From assembly GCA_963693365.1 (NCBI GenBank), contig CAVNZM010000014.1, positions 5,022,001 through 5,086,000 on the forward strand: a stretch of 64,000 bases of DNA, written 5' to 3'. The notes beneath the pieces are model-generated. The model saw only the letters and a program-made list of their open reading frames with translations. It was not told the origin of the DNA and ran no database searches. A program made the position numbers and the translations under genes. How positions within the stretch are numbered: the first letter of the stretch is position 1; the number at the start of each line of letters is the position of its first letter. Origin of the DNA: Amoebidium appalachense (Eukaryota > Protista > Ichthyosporea). Below are positions 1 through 27,602 of this stretch, in pieces.

Positions 1-353
1 CATAGATACAGGCAGACACTGTGCTCCATGAATTACTTACACGATGCACACGTACAAGCGATTAGAACCATCAGATTCCGGTGTGGGTGTTTGCCCAACG
101 TGCAGATTCTTCATGACTATCCCGGTGACTACGTTTATAAAATTTTTGCCGCTATGCTAGTCCATGCAAAAAAAAAAAGGGGGGGAAGGGGGAAGGGAGG
201 GAGGGAGGGGGGGGGGGGGGGGGGAGGTGGCCCACTGGAGGAAGGGGGGAGGAGGCAAGGGGTAAGATATGTCCACTGTATAAACTAAAAGTGCAAATTC
301 CTCGGTGAGGCGCTTGGCAACCACCAATTTTTTGCAGCGCTAAAACTTGAGCC

Positions 354-401
<48 letters not shown>

Positions 402-770
402 TTTCCGCCTCCTTTCCATCACCACCATCAACACCTTTTCTATTCTTCGTATCCAATACATCTTTTGGTCACATGGCAATGTCAATCGAGACCCCAGGGG
501 AGGGAAGGGGAAAGGGGAGGCATGTCCCACAATCAAACATCTCGAAAGTTGCTGCTTTCATATAGCAGGGTCATTGATGCTCACCTGGGTGACCAGCCCC
601 TTAGTCTTGCACTGAACGGTGCATCGGATTCAACAACAGGATCCATCGGGTTGACAGAACTTCTTCTGACTCAGTCAGCAAACGAGTGGCATTTGGTCAC
701 CCAATATGAAATGCAGAAAGATCAAGGCTTAGCACGGTGCACCAGAAACTCGGATAAAACTCTTAAGTCG

Positions 771-772
<2 letters not shown>

Positions 773-814
<42 letters not shown>
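773..814. repeat. (TA)n microsatellite
   Basis: Direct inspection. Confidence 0.9.
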
Positions 815-815
<1 letters not shown>

Positions 816-1188
816 GCCTGCCTATCCGCCCATCCCTGGCTCCCTGACCACCCAGTCATATATTCCTTAGACCATCTTTGTGACTCCCCGGCCTCCCTCC
901 CCCTCAGGGCCCCCTCCCTTTCCACCCCCTCCCCTCCCCACCTTCCCCTCCCTCCCACCCCTCCCCTCCTTTATTTTAACCCGCTCCCCCCCTCCCCCCC
1001 CCCCCCCCCCCCTCCCCCCCTCCTTTATTTTAACCACCTCCTCTTCCCCCCCGTCCCCCGGCCAATTCCTTGCTCTTCTTCTTCCGTTATTTTGTATGCA
1101 GAAAAGACTTAAACTTCGAACCGTCCTATATTAGTAGATGTGGATGCCATGCAAAACCTTGTAATTAAACGTTCTTATGGTCTATTTA

Positions 1189-1219
<31 letters not shown>

Positions 1220-1421
1220 TTGTTCAGGGGTAAAAAAGGCGCCGGGGTCGTTTGGGGGAAGGGAGGGGGGAGAGGCCCTGTTTGCTGGGTGGGAGCGGGG
1301 GGGGGGGGGGGGGGGGGGGGGAGGGGGGGGGATGTTGGTTGGGGGCGTGGGGAAGCCGGGGTTGTTTCGTGTAAGGGGGAGCCTCGACGTTTCAAAAGTT
1401 TGGATGAAAAAAAAAGGGGAG

Positions 1422-1458
<37 letters not shown>

Positions 1459-1597
1459 CTTGTGCATACAATCACCGTAACTTACACAATCGTATTGCGT
1501 GCTCAGTGTAATGTGTAACTTTACCATCCATGTCGATCAATATCAACCTTTCTTACTATGCCGCCTATTAAACAAAAAAACGTGTTCTCTTGGACAA

Positions 1598-1770
1598 GAT
1601 TTTTATTTTATCCCGTTTTGTTCCCGGAGGTATCCCTAGGGGCCCTCAGGGGGAACTACCGTCTTCCACCCAGCGCCGACAGTACTCTAGCTAGGGTGCT
1701 ACGATGCTAAAATCCTAACTATACGTACACACTTTCCCCAGGGTATCAACACCAGCCACGCCGGTGGGTA
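1598..1770 (-). mobile_element. 173-bp insertion flanked by a 14-bp direct repeat (probable SINE or 5'-truncated non-LTR retroposon)
   Basis: GTTCTCTTGGACAA at 1584-1597 and 1771-1784. The minus-strand 3' end is A-rich (GGGATAAAATAAAAATC). Confidence 0.65.
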
Positions 1771-2629
1771 GTTCTCTTGGACAAAATGTGGTGCCGAATC
1801 CATTGACCACTAGAAAAATCATTACAATGGCGATTTCTAAGTTGGGCCAATAAGTCGTTTTCATGTTATATCCCCGCCTCTTTCTTACCCCTACTTTTCC
1901 TCCCTCTCCACCTCCCTCCCCCCGACGGCCCCAATAAATTCACAGAAGCCTCATCGTAGCTAACATTCAATGCTTTACCACACACCACCTACCTACAACA
2001 CCCATGCCCACGACCACTCCCCTGCCCCCCCCCCCCCCCCCCCCCCCCCCCTTTCCTTGCGTTTTTGTCTTTTACTTTCAATTCGTAACAAACGTCCTCT
2101 CCCAGCTTCCGCCTCTCCATTCTCAAGAACGAGCATGATGGTAAACGACTTGCTCACCAGAGAGTTGGGGGAAGGGGGGAGGAGAGTGGGGGAGGGGGGG
2201 GGGGGGGGGGGGGCTTGTCCCACAATCAACTTTTCCAATCGTGCCAACCTATAGCCACATGACCATTCTATATTGACTTGGGTGACCAGCCCCTTGTACT
2301 TGCACTGAACCGTAGTGCATGAGATTCAGCTTATCCTTTGGCCTTCGATTGCCCGGGGATGGCCAATGAGCCTGTGGTAACTGGTCGCCCAAAATTGTGT
2401 AGCAGAAAAAATACGAGTGCGCACACCCAACTTTCCAAACTCATGAGCCATTGCTTCACCCCATCATATACCCTGACCAAGCACTTACGTTTGAAAAAAA
2501 AGTATTCTCCCCCCCCCCCCCCCCCCCCCCCCCTCACCCTCTACTTTCAAAAGTTTGTGGACAGAAAACGTGCATCTAAAGTGCTTTCTCTAAACTTCTG
2601 GTGCTTCGAACTGTGTGTGTGTGTGTGTG

Positions 2630-2687
<58 letters not shown>

Positions 2688-2778
2688 CGTGCGCGCGCGT
2701 GTGTGGGTGTGGGTGCTTGTGTGTGTGTGTGCGTGGCTGTGTGTGTGCTTGTGTGTGCGTGGCTGTGTGTGTGTGGTT

Positions 2779-2816
<38 letters not shown>

Positions 2817-3161
2817 TGTGTGCGTGTGTGTGACACTATGTCTGTATATGTATGTGTGTGTGTACAGTGTCCAGGGGGAAGGCAGGGGGGGGGGGGGGGG
2901 GGGGGGGGGGGCTTTATGGGGGATCAAGGATTGCTCTTTCACGACAAAATGGGTTATCTCAAGCCGAACACAAGCGAAATAAACCAGTCTCCATATTTTC
3001 GTTTCAATTTTTGTGGACTACATGCCCACTACGTGCACATGCAAACCAGCCACCACTCACTTTACATACAAATCGGCGCTACAACATTCGTAAAACAGCA
3101 AGCAAACTCAGCGTTACATTCTGTGCTTGCATATGTCGCCTATCTATTGGTTGTGACCCCT

Positions 3162-3203
<42 letters not shown>

Positions 3204-3522
3204 AAGAAAAACAGCCCAAATTCACATCCACAAACCCCACAGACACCTGCAGACACCCTGTGCTCTATCCATCACCTACACGATTGTGCGAGGTATGATA
3301 CATAGAACCATTCACATTCCAATGGGGGTGTTGGCCCAGCCTTCCTTATCGGAACACGCTTTTATAATCTGTTACGGTTTTACAAGGAAATAGCAAGGGA
3401 AGAGGGGGTTTCGCGAAAAGGCGGGGGGGGGGGGGGAGGGGGATCCGGGGGAGAAACGGGGGGGGGGGGGGGGGAGGGGGGGAGGAGGAGGGGGAGGGGG
3501 GAGGGGATCGGGGGGAGAAACG

Positions 3523-3563
<41 letters not shown>

Positions 3564-3650
3564 GGACTGTAACAAACTACACTGTGGGGAGTGATTATCG
3601 TTTATGAAAGTGAAACCACATTCAAACATGTCCATATTTAAAAGCGAGGT

Positions 3651-4298
3651 CTAAACCAACATTTTCGACTTCAGCGCCAGAACCCACTCCGGGCCGAAAC
3701 CCGCATGGTCCAAATACGCCTCCACTGACCCGTATTCCTGCCTTACGTAAGCAAGTGCTTTTAAAATGGCCTCCGGATTGGCCAGCGCAAATTCCTCGGT
3801 GAGGCCCTTGGCAACCACCAATTCTTGCCGTGTCTGTTCGGCAATCGGTTCGAGGCCCGGCTGTGTGTGTGTGTGTGTGTGTGGGTGGTTGAGTGTGTGC
3901 GTGTGGCTGAGTGTGTGGGTGTGTGTGCGTGGTGATGGTGGTGGTGGTGGGGGGGTGGGGGTGGTGGTGGGGGGGGAGGGGGGGGGGGGGGGGGAGGGGG
4001 GAGGGGGGAGGGGGGGATTTCACATCAACATAGGGTGTGTGCTCGGATACACGTGTAAGGAAATAAGGCAAAGTTGTTGTACCGGGGACTAGAGAAAGAC
4101 AGACAAGTGGAAGAAGAGGTTCGAAGAACAAAGGAACTTGGGGGAGGAGGTTGGAGGGGCAGGGGTTTTCTTTTCTTTTCTTTCTTTCTTTTTTTTTTGG
4201 GGGGGGGGTAGTGGGGGTGAAGGGGGAGGAAGAAGGGGTTATAACGGGTGCAGGGGGAAGCGAGGGTGGTGGTGACGGTGACCGCTCGGCGGCGGCGG

Positions 4299-4335
<37 letters not shown>

Positions 4336-4509
4336 GGGGGAGGGGGGAGAGGGGGGGAGCGGGGGGGGGGGGGGAGGGGGGAGCGAGAACGAGATTGGGG
4401 CAGGCAGGGGGCGAGGGGAACGGAAAGGGAGGGAAGAGGGAGAGGGAGAGGGAAAAGGAGAGGGCGGGGAGAGGCAGTTAAACGACAAGGAAAAAATTGC
4501 GCTAAGGAA

Positions 4510-4581
<72 letters not shown>

Positions 4582-5484
4582 AAAAGAAAAAGAAAATAGA
4601 AACTCATGCACCCCTTCCCCTTGCCCCTGCTCTCCCTTACAATAACCACTACCTGAAAGTACATCTAAAAAAAACCCTTTCACGCCACTACCCACTCAGA
4701 TCCAAAGCAGTTTACCCCTTTATTTATAAGGTGATAAAAAATAAAACCCACCTCTGATAGGGCGTAGTCACTTGCTATGTCGTCATCTGCCACCCCCAGG
4801 CAGGCCAGGCAGAGGGCTGCTATTAGACCCGTCCGGTCCTTGCCGTGGCTGCAGTGGAACAGCACGCTCTGGCCAATAGAAAAGCAGAGTTAAAATCCCA
4901 ACCAATCGTGCGGCTTCATCAGTATTAGTAGAAAGGAAAGGCAGAACTATTCCAAGGCAATCGTGTTGCTTTATTAGGAATAGTGGAACAGCATGCCCAA
5001 TAGACAACACAGCCAAAGTGTACATCAATCGTGTCAATCTTTTAGTAAAACAGCATGCTCTTGCCAATAAGAAAATAGTCTCATGGCCTCGTCCAATCGC
5101 ATTGCTGAAACAGTAAAAGGTGGAACACCTGCTTTGCCGGGAGGGGGGAGGGTGTGTGTGTGTGTGTGGGGGGGGGGTGCACTGCAGATGTTTCATCACA
5201 TGGAATGCTACATTGATTGCACATATTGACTGCACTCTTATGTGCATGGGGATTCCTGTTCCCTGCATGTGTGCACTATTTGACGCGTGCTTCCACCTTT
5301 ACTAAAACAAAAAAAAAGAGAGAAAAAGAGTGCCTACGTGAGAGGAGGTATCTGGTTAATGTTTTACCTGGTGGTCGTCTGCTGCAAGTATTTTCAGCGC
5401 AGATGCTAGCTGGTGGGCACAGGTTCTTAGAAGAGTTTGGTAGAAGACGGGCATGCCCTTGGCGTTCATTACTTCTTGTACCAC

Positions 5485-5570
<86 letters not shown>

Positions 5571-5648
5571 GCGAGTGGGAGTAAAAGAAAGGCTGAGTGT
5601 GCATGCAAGCGCACATATGCGCGCGTGTGTGGTGTGCAAGTACAAGTG

Positions 5649-5746
<98 letters not shown>

Positions 5747-5750
5747 TGTG

Positions 5751-5803
<53 letters not shown>

Positions 5804-6085
5804 TGGGTGTGTGTGTGTGTTTGCGTGTATGTTGTGTATGGTATGTGACGTGCTAGGTGGGCGTGAGCCACATGTGCGCAGGTTCAAAGCATGTGCATGT
5901 CAGTGTTTACTAGGCAGACACCAAACATCTATCCACAATGGTCCTTTCTAGACTTTAGGAAACTCATATCTGGAATCGACAACTAGCACACATCCCCCGC
6001 TCCCCCCTCCCCCCCACCCCTCACACACACACACAAACACACGCCTCCTGCTCCCCGTCCCCCCCACGGCCCCACACATCCCCCC

Positions 6086-6123
<38 letters not shown>

Positions 6124-6942
6124 ACAAAAACACGCCTCGTGCTCCCCGCCTCTCCATGCCCCCCAAACTTAAACACACCTCCTGCCCGCCCGCTTGCCCG
6201 TCGAACCACCCCGTTTGCCTTCCCCGTCTTCCCAGCCCCCAAATAATGAATAAACTCTTCATGGAGAAAAATCAAACACAGGCCAACACCAAAACTGGAA
6301 GAAAGGGTAGGAAGGAAAAGGCGGAAAGCATGTGTATCCGCCCCGGGGGGGGGGGGGGGGTTTGAATGCGGAACACGGTACGAAGTACGCATACACGAAG
6401 GATACATGCAAAGGCAAACATTCAAGTATGCAACATCAGCCATACGCACAGTATGCGTCATAAGCAGAGCCCATCCTCAGGGAGGGCCCAAGTCATCAAT
6501 TGCGTCTGAGTTTCGACCCCTTAGCCCGCGTATATACGACTCTCCAACTCAGACAGCAGCATCAACTGAACTTGGGAGGGTCAACCCGTCTTGATCAAAG
6601 ACGAGCAGGGTTGCTTATGCAAGCAAGGTGAGCAAAACGGTGAAGATGTGTGTGCAAACTAATGCAGTGCAGCGAAAAATGCGTACGTGCTTACAGATGC
6701 ACAACACAGAGGGGGGGGGGGGGGGGGGGAAGGGGGGTAGGGGGAGGGGGGGGGGGGAGGAAGAGGGAGCGGGTAGTTCCATTTAATACGAGATAAACAT
6801 GCTGCACTTTAGTATACGACAATGAAAATTTCACGGTAGAGTGTGTGGTCTTTCTTCTTCATGTGTTGCTCCAAGGTAGCTTTATTGGGAGGAATGTGGT
6901 GGTATGGTGGTATCAGACTTTGATGAGATAAGGTTTTTTTTC

Positions 6943-6995
<53 letters not shown>

Positions 6996-7268
6996 GGGGG
7001 GGCAAGTACCATATCTTGCGCCTGGTCCACCCCCCTGGCCACAGTCTTGAAGAAACCCCATTTGTTGGGTTGCTGGCGCACCATATCGAGATGGAATGTT
7101 GGTCCTGTAAGCCAATCAGATGTCAAGGATAGTGGGACGGGTTGCCATATTTGGTAATTGCTACATCCTATGCCAGAGATAAACTGTAGGTGAGGTCTGG
7201 AAAGGTGCTTAGATGGCATCATAGGTGCCGAAAAAACGGAGGGAATCGAGGAAGGTGTGTGTGTGTCT

Positions 7269-7303
<35 letters not shown>

Positions 7304-8577
7304 GAAGGGGTGAGGGTGGGTGGATGGGTGTTTTGGGGCTCCGGGGGGGGGGGGGGGGGGGGGGGGAGGGGGGAGGGGGGGGAGGGGGGGGGGGGGGGGG
7401 GGCAGGAGCCCAATGCATTGTCCGGGTATAATGAGTCAAGTCGAAAGCAAAGCCGATCATCTATCATCCACCAGTAGTCTCCCCCCCCCCCCCCCCCCCC
7501 CCCCCCTTCTCCCTCCCATCCTTCCCTCCCTCCTCCAACCACCACAGCATCACACTATCAAGAACAAAAGTCAATGTACCTATGCTGGCGCAAGAAACAG
7601 CTGATATAAAGCTATATATATGTGACAATAAATGAGTTACTTTGTAAGGAATGTAGATACGTATGTTTTCTCCATAAAACGCTAAAACACCAGCCAATGA
7701 GATGACGGTGCATATACCCATAAAAGGCAGGTGGTATCTTCGCGGCCTCGATTCGTATGCCGGGTGGCCCAAAACGGAATCCAACCGCCAGCGCTGTAGT
7801 ATTAGGGTATCCGTCGGATATGAAACATAAACCTGCGTAATTTAAAATTATGGTTGGCCAATGAGCATCCGTTGATAGCATTTACATTGGTCTATTGGCC
7901 ATGTGCTTGCGCACCTAAGGTAGGGAAAATGACCATGAGCCAACTATGGGTGAGCTAAAGAGCAAGAGGAGTGCGTGCAACCTCCTTATTACTGCTATCA
8001 CTATCATTATTACACATTGCCGCCCCCCCCCCCCCCCCCCCCCCCCCCCGAGAGAGAGAGAGAGGGGGGGGAGTGCAGCCCCCGGGGGGGAGGGGAGGGG
8101 GGATAACAGCAGATAAGTGTGTACACTTCCTGATGAATGGATGTGTTACTGTAAGGCACAAGAGGACAAGGACCAGCAAAAAGACATGGCGGGTCGGGGG
8201 GGGGTCGGGGGGGACGGTAGGGAATTAGATATGCGAGGAAGAAGGCAGGGGCCTAAAACTACGGGTGGAGGGGGGGGGGGGGGGGGGCAGTTAGGGGCAA
8301 GAGGTGTGAGGGGGGGGGGGGAGGGGGGAGGGAGGGAATGTGAGAGAGAATAAGGGGGGGGGGGGGGGGGGAGACAGAGAGAGAGAGAAAGAGAGAGAGA
8401 GGGGGGGGGGGGATAGAGGGGAGATACAGAGGTAGAGGGAGAGGGAGAGGGCGAGGGAGAGGGAGAAGGGGAGGGGGAAGGGGGGGGGGGGGGAGGGAGG
8501 GAGGGAGGATTGAGGGAGAGATGGAGGGAGGGAGGGAGGGGGGGGGGGGGAGAGAGAGAGAGAGAGAGGGGGGGGGG

Positions 8578-8624
<47 letters not shown>

Positions 8625-9325
8625 CCGGAACATCCCGTCCTCCCCTCCCTCACCCCCTTCCCTCCTTTCCCCAGCTTCTACTCCCCAGCCCACCCGCCCA
8701 TCCCCTTCATGACCCAAACCTATAAAGCCAGGAATATGTGTGATAAAGTGAGTGTGCAGCATGCTCATAGGTAGTGCCCTTAAGTACAAGTATGATAGGT
8801 CTAAACATGGCCAAAAATGCCCAAATATAGCGATACCATCTCACGTACATGGGCACCAACCCAACCCCTCCATATAGAAACATACCCTCCAATTATTGTA
8901 ACATGGCTCCTAAATATGATAAGGTCCTGCCCATGCAAAAAAGGTACACGTATAGTTTTGTAAATGGTAATGCTCTGTCCATATACGCTAGATAGATACC
9001 CATATAATTACTACATTTGGTAAGTTTTCTGTCCTTATATGCTAGATAGACATCCATATGATTGCTGTAAATAGCAACTTTCCGTGTCCCTATATGGTAG
9101 ATAGGAACCCATGTCACTACCATAAATGATATCTTTCTACCCATATATGGTAACATACCGGCCTCTGGGGCAGGTGTTCGTCATCTACCTCCCCCCTCGA
9201 CCTCACGTCAAGTAATGTGTCCACGTGGAATTGTTCTCGAAGCTTCCGTACGTCACCCTCCGTTGCATCATCTGGTCGGGCACTGCGGAAGAGTAGACCC
9301 TCCCTTACCCTCTGTTATGTGTGTG

Positions 9326-9395
<70 letters not shown>

Positions 9396-9658
9396 GTGTG
9401 GTCGTGCTGGCGGTGGTGAAGAGGACTGGGTGGGAGGGGAGAGGGGAGGAGGGGGGGGAGAGGATGGGAGGAGGAGGTGGGTTGGGAAGGAGGGGATTGG
9501 GTGGATGGGCAGGTGGAGAGTGAGAGAATGTGTGGGATTGAATTTTGGGTAAGGGTTGTGTTTGTTTTGTGTTGAACAGGGGAAGACTTTGGCGGAGGAG
9601 GGTGGTATGGAAAAGTGGCAAAGTCTTCAGGTGGTGTAGGGTTTGTAAGTGTTTGTGC

Positions 9659-9699
<41 letters not shown>

Positions 9700-10563
9700 C
9701 ATGTGTGTGTGTATGCGCCCGCGCACGCACGCGTGTGGGTGTGGAAGGGGGGGCGGCGGGAGGGAGGGGAGGAGAAAGCATCGTGGGAGTTGAGGTAAGA
9801 GGGAAACGCCGGGAGGCTGGCAGGCAATATGTGTTCCCTCAAACGAAGCACAAAGCGAGGTGTTGAGGGAACATCATGCACCATCAAAGGCAGAGCACAG
9901 CGGCATCTGAGGACGCAGAACATGCAAGCATCACCACATGGCAAGAAACCTGTTTTAAAATGGGGACTTGCAGCTCTGTGTGTGCACGTGCCTGGTGCCG
10001 CACGCGTGTGTGTGGATGTCGAGGTATGTGGATCTATTTGAAACGATTCACTGAGCGGCAAGCGGACGGAGAGAAGGGAAGAAGAGGGGAAGGGGGGGGG
10101 GGGGGGGGAGGGGAGAGATAGGGGGACCGGGGGGGGGGGGGGGGGGTGAGGGGGGGAGGGGGGGGATGGAAGGGCGAAGGGAGGGGGGAGGCGGAGGGGC
10201 GGCGGGATCGGTCCTGAGTCATCAGATCAAAGAGAGCAACAGAAGTTGGAGAGAAAGGAAAAGGGTAAAGGAACGGGCAGTAGGATTGTAAGACCAAGAC
10301 ATAGAGCGAGGGGAGTGATGAAGGGGTAGCAATGTAGATAAGGTAGGCTGCAGAAAGAAACAGAGATGTGTGATGAGTGTGTGTCTGTGTGTGTGTGCTG
10401 GAGTTGTGTGTTAGTTTGTGCAAGTGGGTTCGCAAGTTTGTGCGTGAGCGTGTGCGCATGCGTGTGCGTGTGCGTGTGAATGTGCAGGTGTGCGTGTGTA
10501 TTTGTCTCTGTGTGAGCACGCGTGAGTCTGTATATGTGTGTGTGGTGTGTGTGGGTATGTGTT

Positions 10564-10612
<49 letters not shown>

Positions 10613-10850
10613 AATGCGTGCGTGCGTGCGTGCGTGTGTGTGTGTGTGTGCGTGTGTGTGCGTGTGTGTGTGTGTATGTGTGTGCGCGTGTGCCTGTCCA
10701 CCAACGTCTATGTGTGTGTGTGTGTGTGTGTGTGTTTGAGTGTACTACCTTTCCATCTTTTGTTGTGAACCCTCCGAGGTCTCTGAAATTACACAACCGT
10801 TCAAAGACGTCGTTTCGTAACCGGCTGTTGCTGGCTGCAGGCGTATTCAT
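3651..10850 (-). CDS. Tyrosine/lipid phosphatase-like protein (Y_phosphatase3 / MptpB-like), 7 exons, ~290 aa
   Basis: Exons 10850-10749, 9311-9159, 7793-7718, 7104-7010, 5484-5368, 4868-4752, 3860-3651 join in frame at GT-AG sites. Peptides: [38 protein letters not shown] (CX5R P-loop), [24 protein letters not shown]; TAG at 3651-3653. The junction between exons 3 and 4 is the least certain. Confidence 0.9.
6361..6628 (-). mobile_element. Dispersed structured intronic element, copy A (subfamily 1, full length)
   Basis: The reverse complement is nearly identical to 37031-37304 over most of its length. Lies in phosphatase intron 5485-7009 in the sense orientation. Confidence 0.8.
8740..9155. 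repeat. Degenerate ~40-bp minisatellite in a phosphatase intron
   Basis: Recurrent CCATATA(T/C)GCTAGATAGA(T/C)ACCCATAT-like units. Confidence 0.55.
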
Positions 10851-11761
10851 GTTTATGAGGGCGGCAAGGTGCTGAAAGAAAAGCGATGCGTACCGGAGAT
10901 GGGGAACAATGTATTGTGAGCTCGGCGCTGGAACGGTGGTTTTAAATAACTGTGGCTCTATAATAACAATTTCCCCCCCCCCCCCCAAAGGAAAAACGAT
11001 TGAAAAAATGGGCTGATCTGGTTGTATTTCGGCCAAGGGGTACAGTAGGGATGTGCGAGGCTTTCAATTGTACACTATGCGGACAATAGACAAAGGTTTG
11101 CACTTGCGGATGTTTAATATGTGGATTATAGAAAAAGTGACTGTGCACTATGGTATAATTGTTTCTCACACAAACGGCAGAGACATTGTTTGCTTACCGT
11201 AAACAAGCATAAAGGAACGAGAAAGCTGGTGTGTGCCACCGGGGTGTGAGGGTGTTTGCTTGTTGAAACCTTCGAGGAAACTTTTTTAGCCTGTCTTGAA
11301 ATATACGTGACAACCCAAATATGGTTATTGTGATCTGCTTTTCGGGAGGTGGCTCATGAAACACCCAATAGGAACACGTTTAGGCACATCCTCGAAAATA
11401 ACACAAATACAAATATCTATGGTATACCTCAAGGCTTCCGATGTCTGATGAAAACACAAAAAGTTGGGAAGGAAGGAAGGGGTAAGAATAAGAGTAAGAG
11501 AACATCTCTTTTCTCTAGATAGAAGGCCACCTCAATAAAAAACAGCACGTGCATATTCCTAGTTATCAACCGCATTTCCATCCAACGTGCACCATCGCGA
11601 CATCCTTTGCTTTCCTTCACATCTTTTTCCATGGCTACCCTTTCATTTCGTCGGGTTGACACGTGTCACCCAGACATCATGTACAAAAGAAACAAGGCAG
11701 CACTAAAGTGAAGGCAATTTTTCACTCCTCTACCCGCGCTAGCGAGCGATCGGAAGAGAAA
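10851..11761. promoter_or_regulatory. Probable bidirectional promoter region between the phosphatase (-) and PolX-like (+) genes
   Basis: Head-to-head start codons ~0.9 kb apart; the region is nearly free of the repeats that fill the introns. No specific motif assigned. Confidence 0.5.
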
Positions 11762-24677
<12,916 letters not shown>

Positions 24678-25717
24678 AGCATATTGCCGGTTCGTCGGCT
24701 GTTTATGTTTCATTTTCTTTTCTTTATTTTCTTTCTTTCTTTCTTTCTTTCTTCTTTCTTTCTTTTTTTTTTGGGGGGGGGGGGGAGGGGGAGGGAGAGG
24801 GGGGGAAAGGCATTTTGCAGCAAGAAAGAAACTCTCGGCACGCTTCAAAGTTCGAGATCATTACTTTTTCTTGATATAAGAACACATGTTTCCATGTGTG
24901 TGTGTGTTTTTTGTGTGTGTGTGTAGATGTAGGTATGTGTGCATCGATTGGTTCCCCACCCGCATATTTTGTGTGTTTGTGTGTGTGTGGTGATGGAGGC
25001 GATGTTGTGTGTGTGTCTGTTTGGGGGGGGGGGGGGGGGGGATGTGTTACCTCTGCTCATGTAGTGAATGGTGAATTTTCACAGCCTAAAGGGGTTATTG
25101 ATTTGTATATGATCACCTTCGTTTTGGTGGTTTATCGTCTTTGCTTTCCCGATGCCTTATTTTAGAATATGATGTGCTGACGAGCGATTCCATCGCAAGA
25201 TAAATATTTACCTTACGGAATGAAAGATATTTAGCTGTGAATGGCTCCTTTTCTCAGTCTATATGCATGTACATTGTCAAATGGTCAAAAATAAATTTAG
25301 CGAATTGTAGTCCGGTCCGTCCCATCCGTAGGTACATTACATGCCATGCATGGCCTGTTTGTGTGTGTGTGTGTGTGTGTGTGTTTGAGTGTATGTGTGT
25401 GTGTGCACGTTTGTGTGTGTGTGTGTGTGTTTGTGTGCGTGGGTGTGTGTGTTACTCGGGGAAGGGTGGGTGGTGGTGGTGGTGGTGGTGGGTGGGTGGG
25501 AGGCAAGGGGGCCCCGGCCGGGGACAGGCTGCTTCATCGATCTATCTTTTGATTTACCGGATCACGGCGCTCTAGAACACCGTGTTCCAGAACATCCCAG
25601 AGGCACGAACAGACACCACTGTTCACGAACGTAACGCTCGACTGGCAGACAGCTGGCAGACACGAACACACAAAACGCCCACACAGGGAGCCACAAGATA
25701 CTGAGAGCACACAGAAA

Positions 25718-26287
25718 ATGGACAAGCTAGAGGTGGCCCAACTGCGCCTACGCCAGTTCATCTCTAGCACACTAGACCCTCCTTCGGACACACACTCACT
25801 TACCGGTTTTGCACAACGACTACGTGAAATACTGAAGCTCGTTCCGGAAAATGACAATGAGTGCTACCAATTTCTCGAGTTGGCCATAAAAAGGCTCGAA
25901 GATTTTTTTTCGTCGGGTGCAACTGAAGAGCTTGCTAGGGAGGTTTCCAGAAGCTTACAAGAAGGTGTAGACGAATTGAATCAGAGGATGGTTGCACTGG
26001 GCAAGAGGGAGAGGGAGGTGGAGATGGCGGAACAGACCATGAGACTCGAAAGGTAGGATGATGAGGTTTTGTGTACTTATATCTCCTCTTTTGCTTGCTG
26101 AAAATGGAAAGGAAAGGTCGGCGATGGTAGCCTGGGAGGGGAGTGGCGTGGAGGACTGTAAAGTAGATTGAGCTGAAAGGCAGACACGCTTCTGGGACTG
26201 CCTTTTTACTTTCCCCCTGTCCCCCCCCCCCCCCCTCCCCCCCCCCTCTCACTCACGCTCTCTCTCTTTCGCTCTTTCTCTCTCCAC

Positions 26288-26346
<59 letters not shown>

Positions 26347-26415
26347 CCCCCCCCCCCCTCTCCTCTCTCCCCCTCTCGCCTCTCTCTCTCTCTCCCCCTC
26401 TCTCCCTCCCTCCCT

Positions 26416-26508
<93 letters not shown>

Positions 26509-27436
26509 CCCCCCCCCCCCCTCCCCCCCCCCCCCCCCCCCCCCCCCCCCCACCCCGTTGCTCTCTCACTCTCTCCCGCTCGCTCTCCCTCTCCCTCTCT
26601 CCCTTTTTCCCTCAACCCAACCCCCCCTTTCCCCCCTCCTTCTTCCCCAGCCCCATCTCTCCCTCTCTTTCTTCCTCCCCCTTCCCCCCCCCCCCCCTCC
26701 TTCCCTCCCCCCTCCCCCTCTCTTTCTTTTTCTTCCTATCCCCCCCCTCCCCCCCCCCCCCCTCCCGCCCTCCAGCCCTCCCCTAGTCCCTCCCTATCTC
26801 TCCCACCCCTTCTCCCCTCCCCCCTCTCCCCTCTCTCTCTGGTTCTCTCTTCCTCCTCTTGCCTCCTCCCTCGCTCTCATTCTCTCGCTCACACACACAC
26901 GCTCACTTCCTCTCCCTCTCCTCACGTCCCTTCACCCGCACACCACTCTCCGCCTGTCTCTGAATCTGCCCCCCCCCCTCCCCCCCCCCCCCCCCCCCCT
27001 CCCGGGGTGTGTGGCCATTTTCTCACCCCTGCTTATTGCTTTCCCCGTTTCCAGTTGTTATGGGTTGGAATGTCCATCTTTACTTGCGGGCTTTTATTCC
27101 CGACCTCCATCCCTGTCATTCACCCCCTGCACCCCCGTGAACATTCTTTTGATTTTTGATTCGTGTCTTTTCACTGTTGCTTTTTTTCCACCTCGGTATT
27201 TCCGGCCCCATTATGCTCACCAACTCCCTTAAACCCCTCCCCTCCCCCCCCCCCCCTCCCCCCATCCCTCCTCTCCCCCCTCCTCCCCTCCCTCCATCCC
27301 CCCTTTCCCCCCTTTCCCCCCTTCTTCCCCCCCTCCCCTCCCACCCCACCCTCACTTCCCTGCTCTACTCTCGGGCCCAAATCACACATACATGTACACA
27401 CACACAACCTTCAACTGTGACTGTCTGCTACCATTC

Positions 27437-27471
<35 letters not shown>

Positions 27472-27568
27472 CCTCCCCCCCGTGCCCCCCGCTTGCGAGA
27501 ACGCAAACAGCCATGCACGGGCCTACTGCATTCACCTGAGAAGTTTTGGCATTTGCTGCATCGAAGCA

Positions 27569-27602
<34 letters not shown>

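Noticed and set aside
465-773. ORF with a complex-looking C-terminal half
   Set aside because: No recognisable domain, and the related copy near 2270-2330 has stops. It cannot be supported as a gene.
2338-3305. Long ORFs rich in CV, HT, poly-P or poly-G (here and throughout the track)
   Set aside because: They are stop-free translations of microsatellites and homopolymers, open in several frames on both strands.
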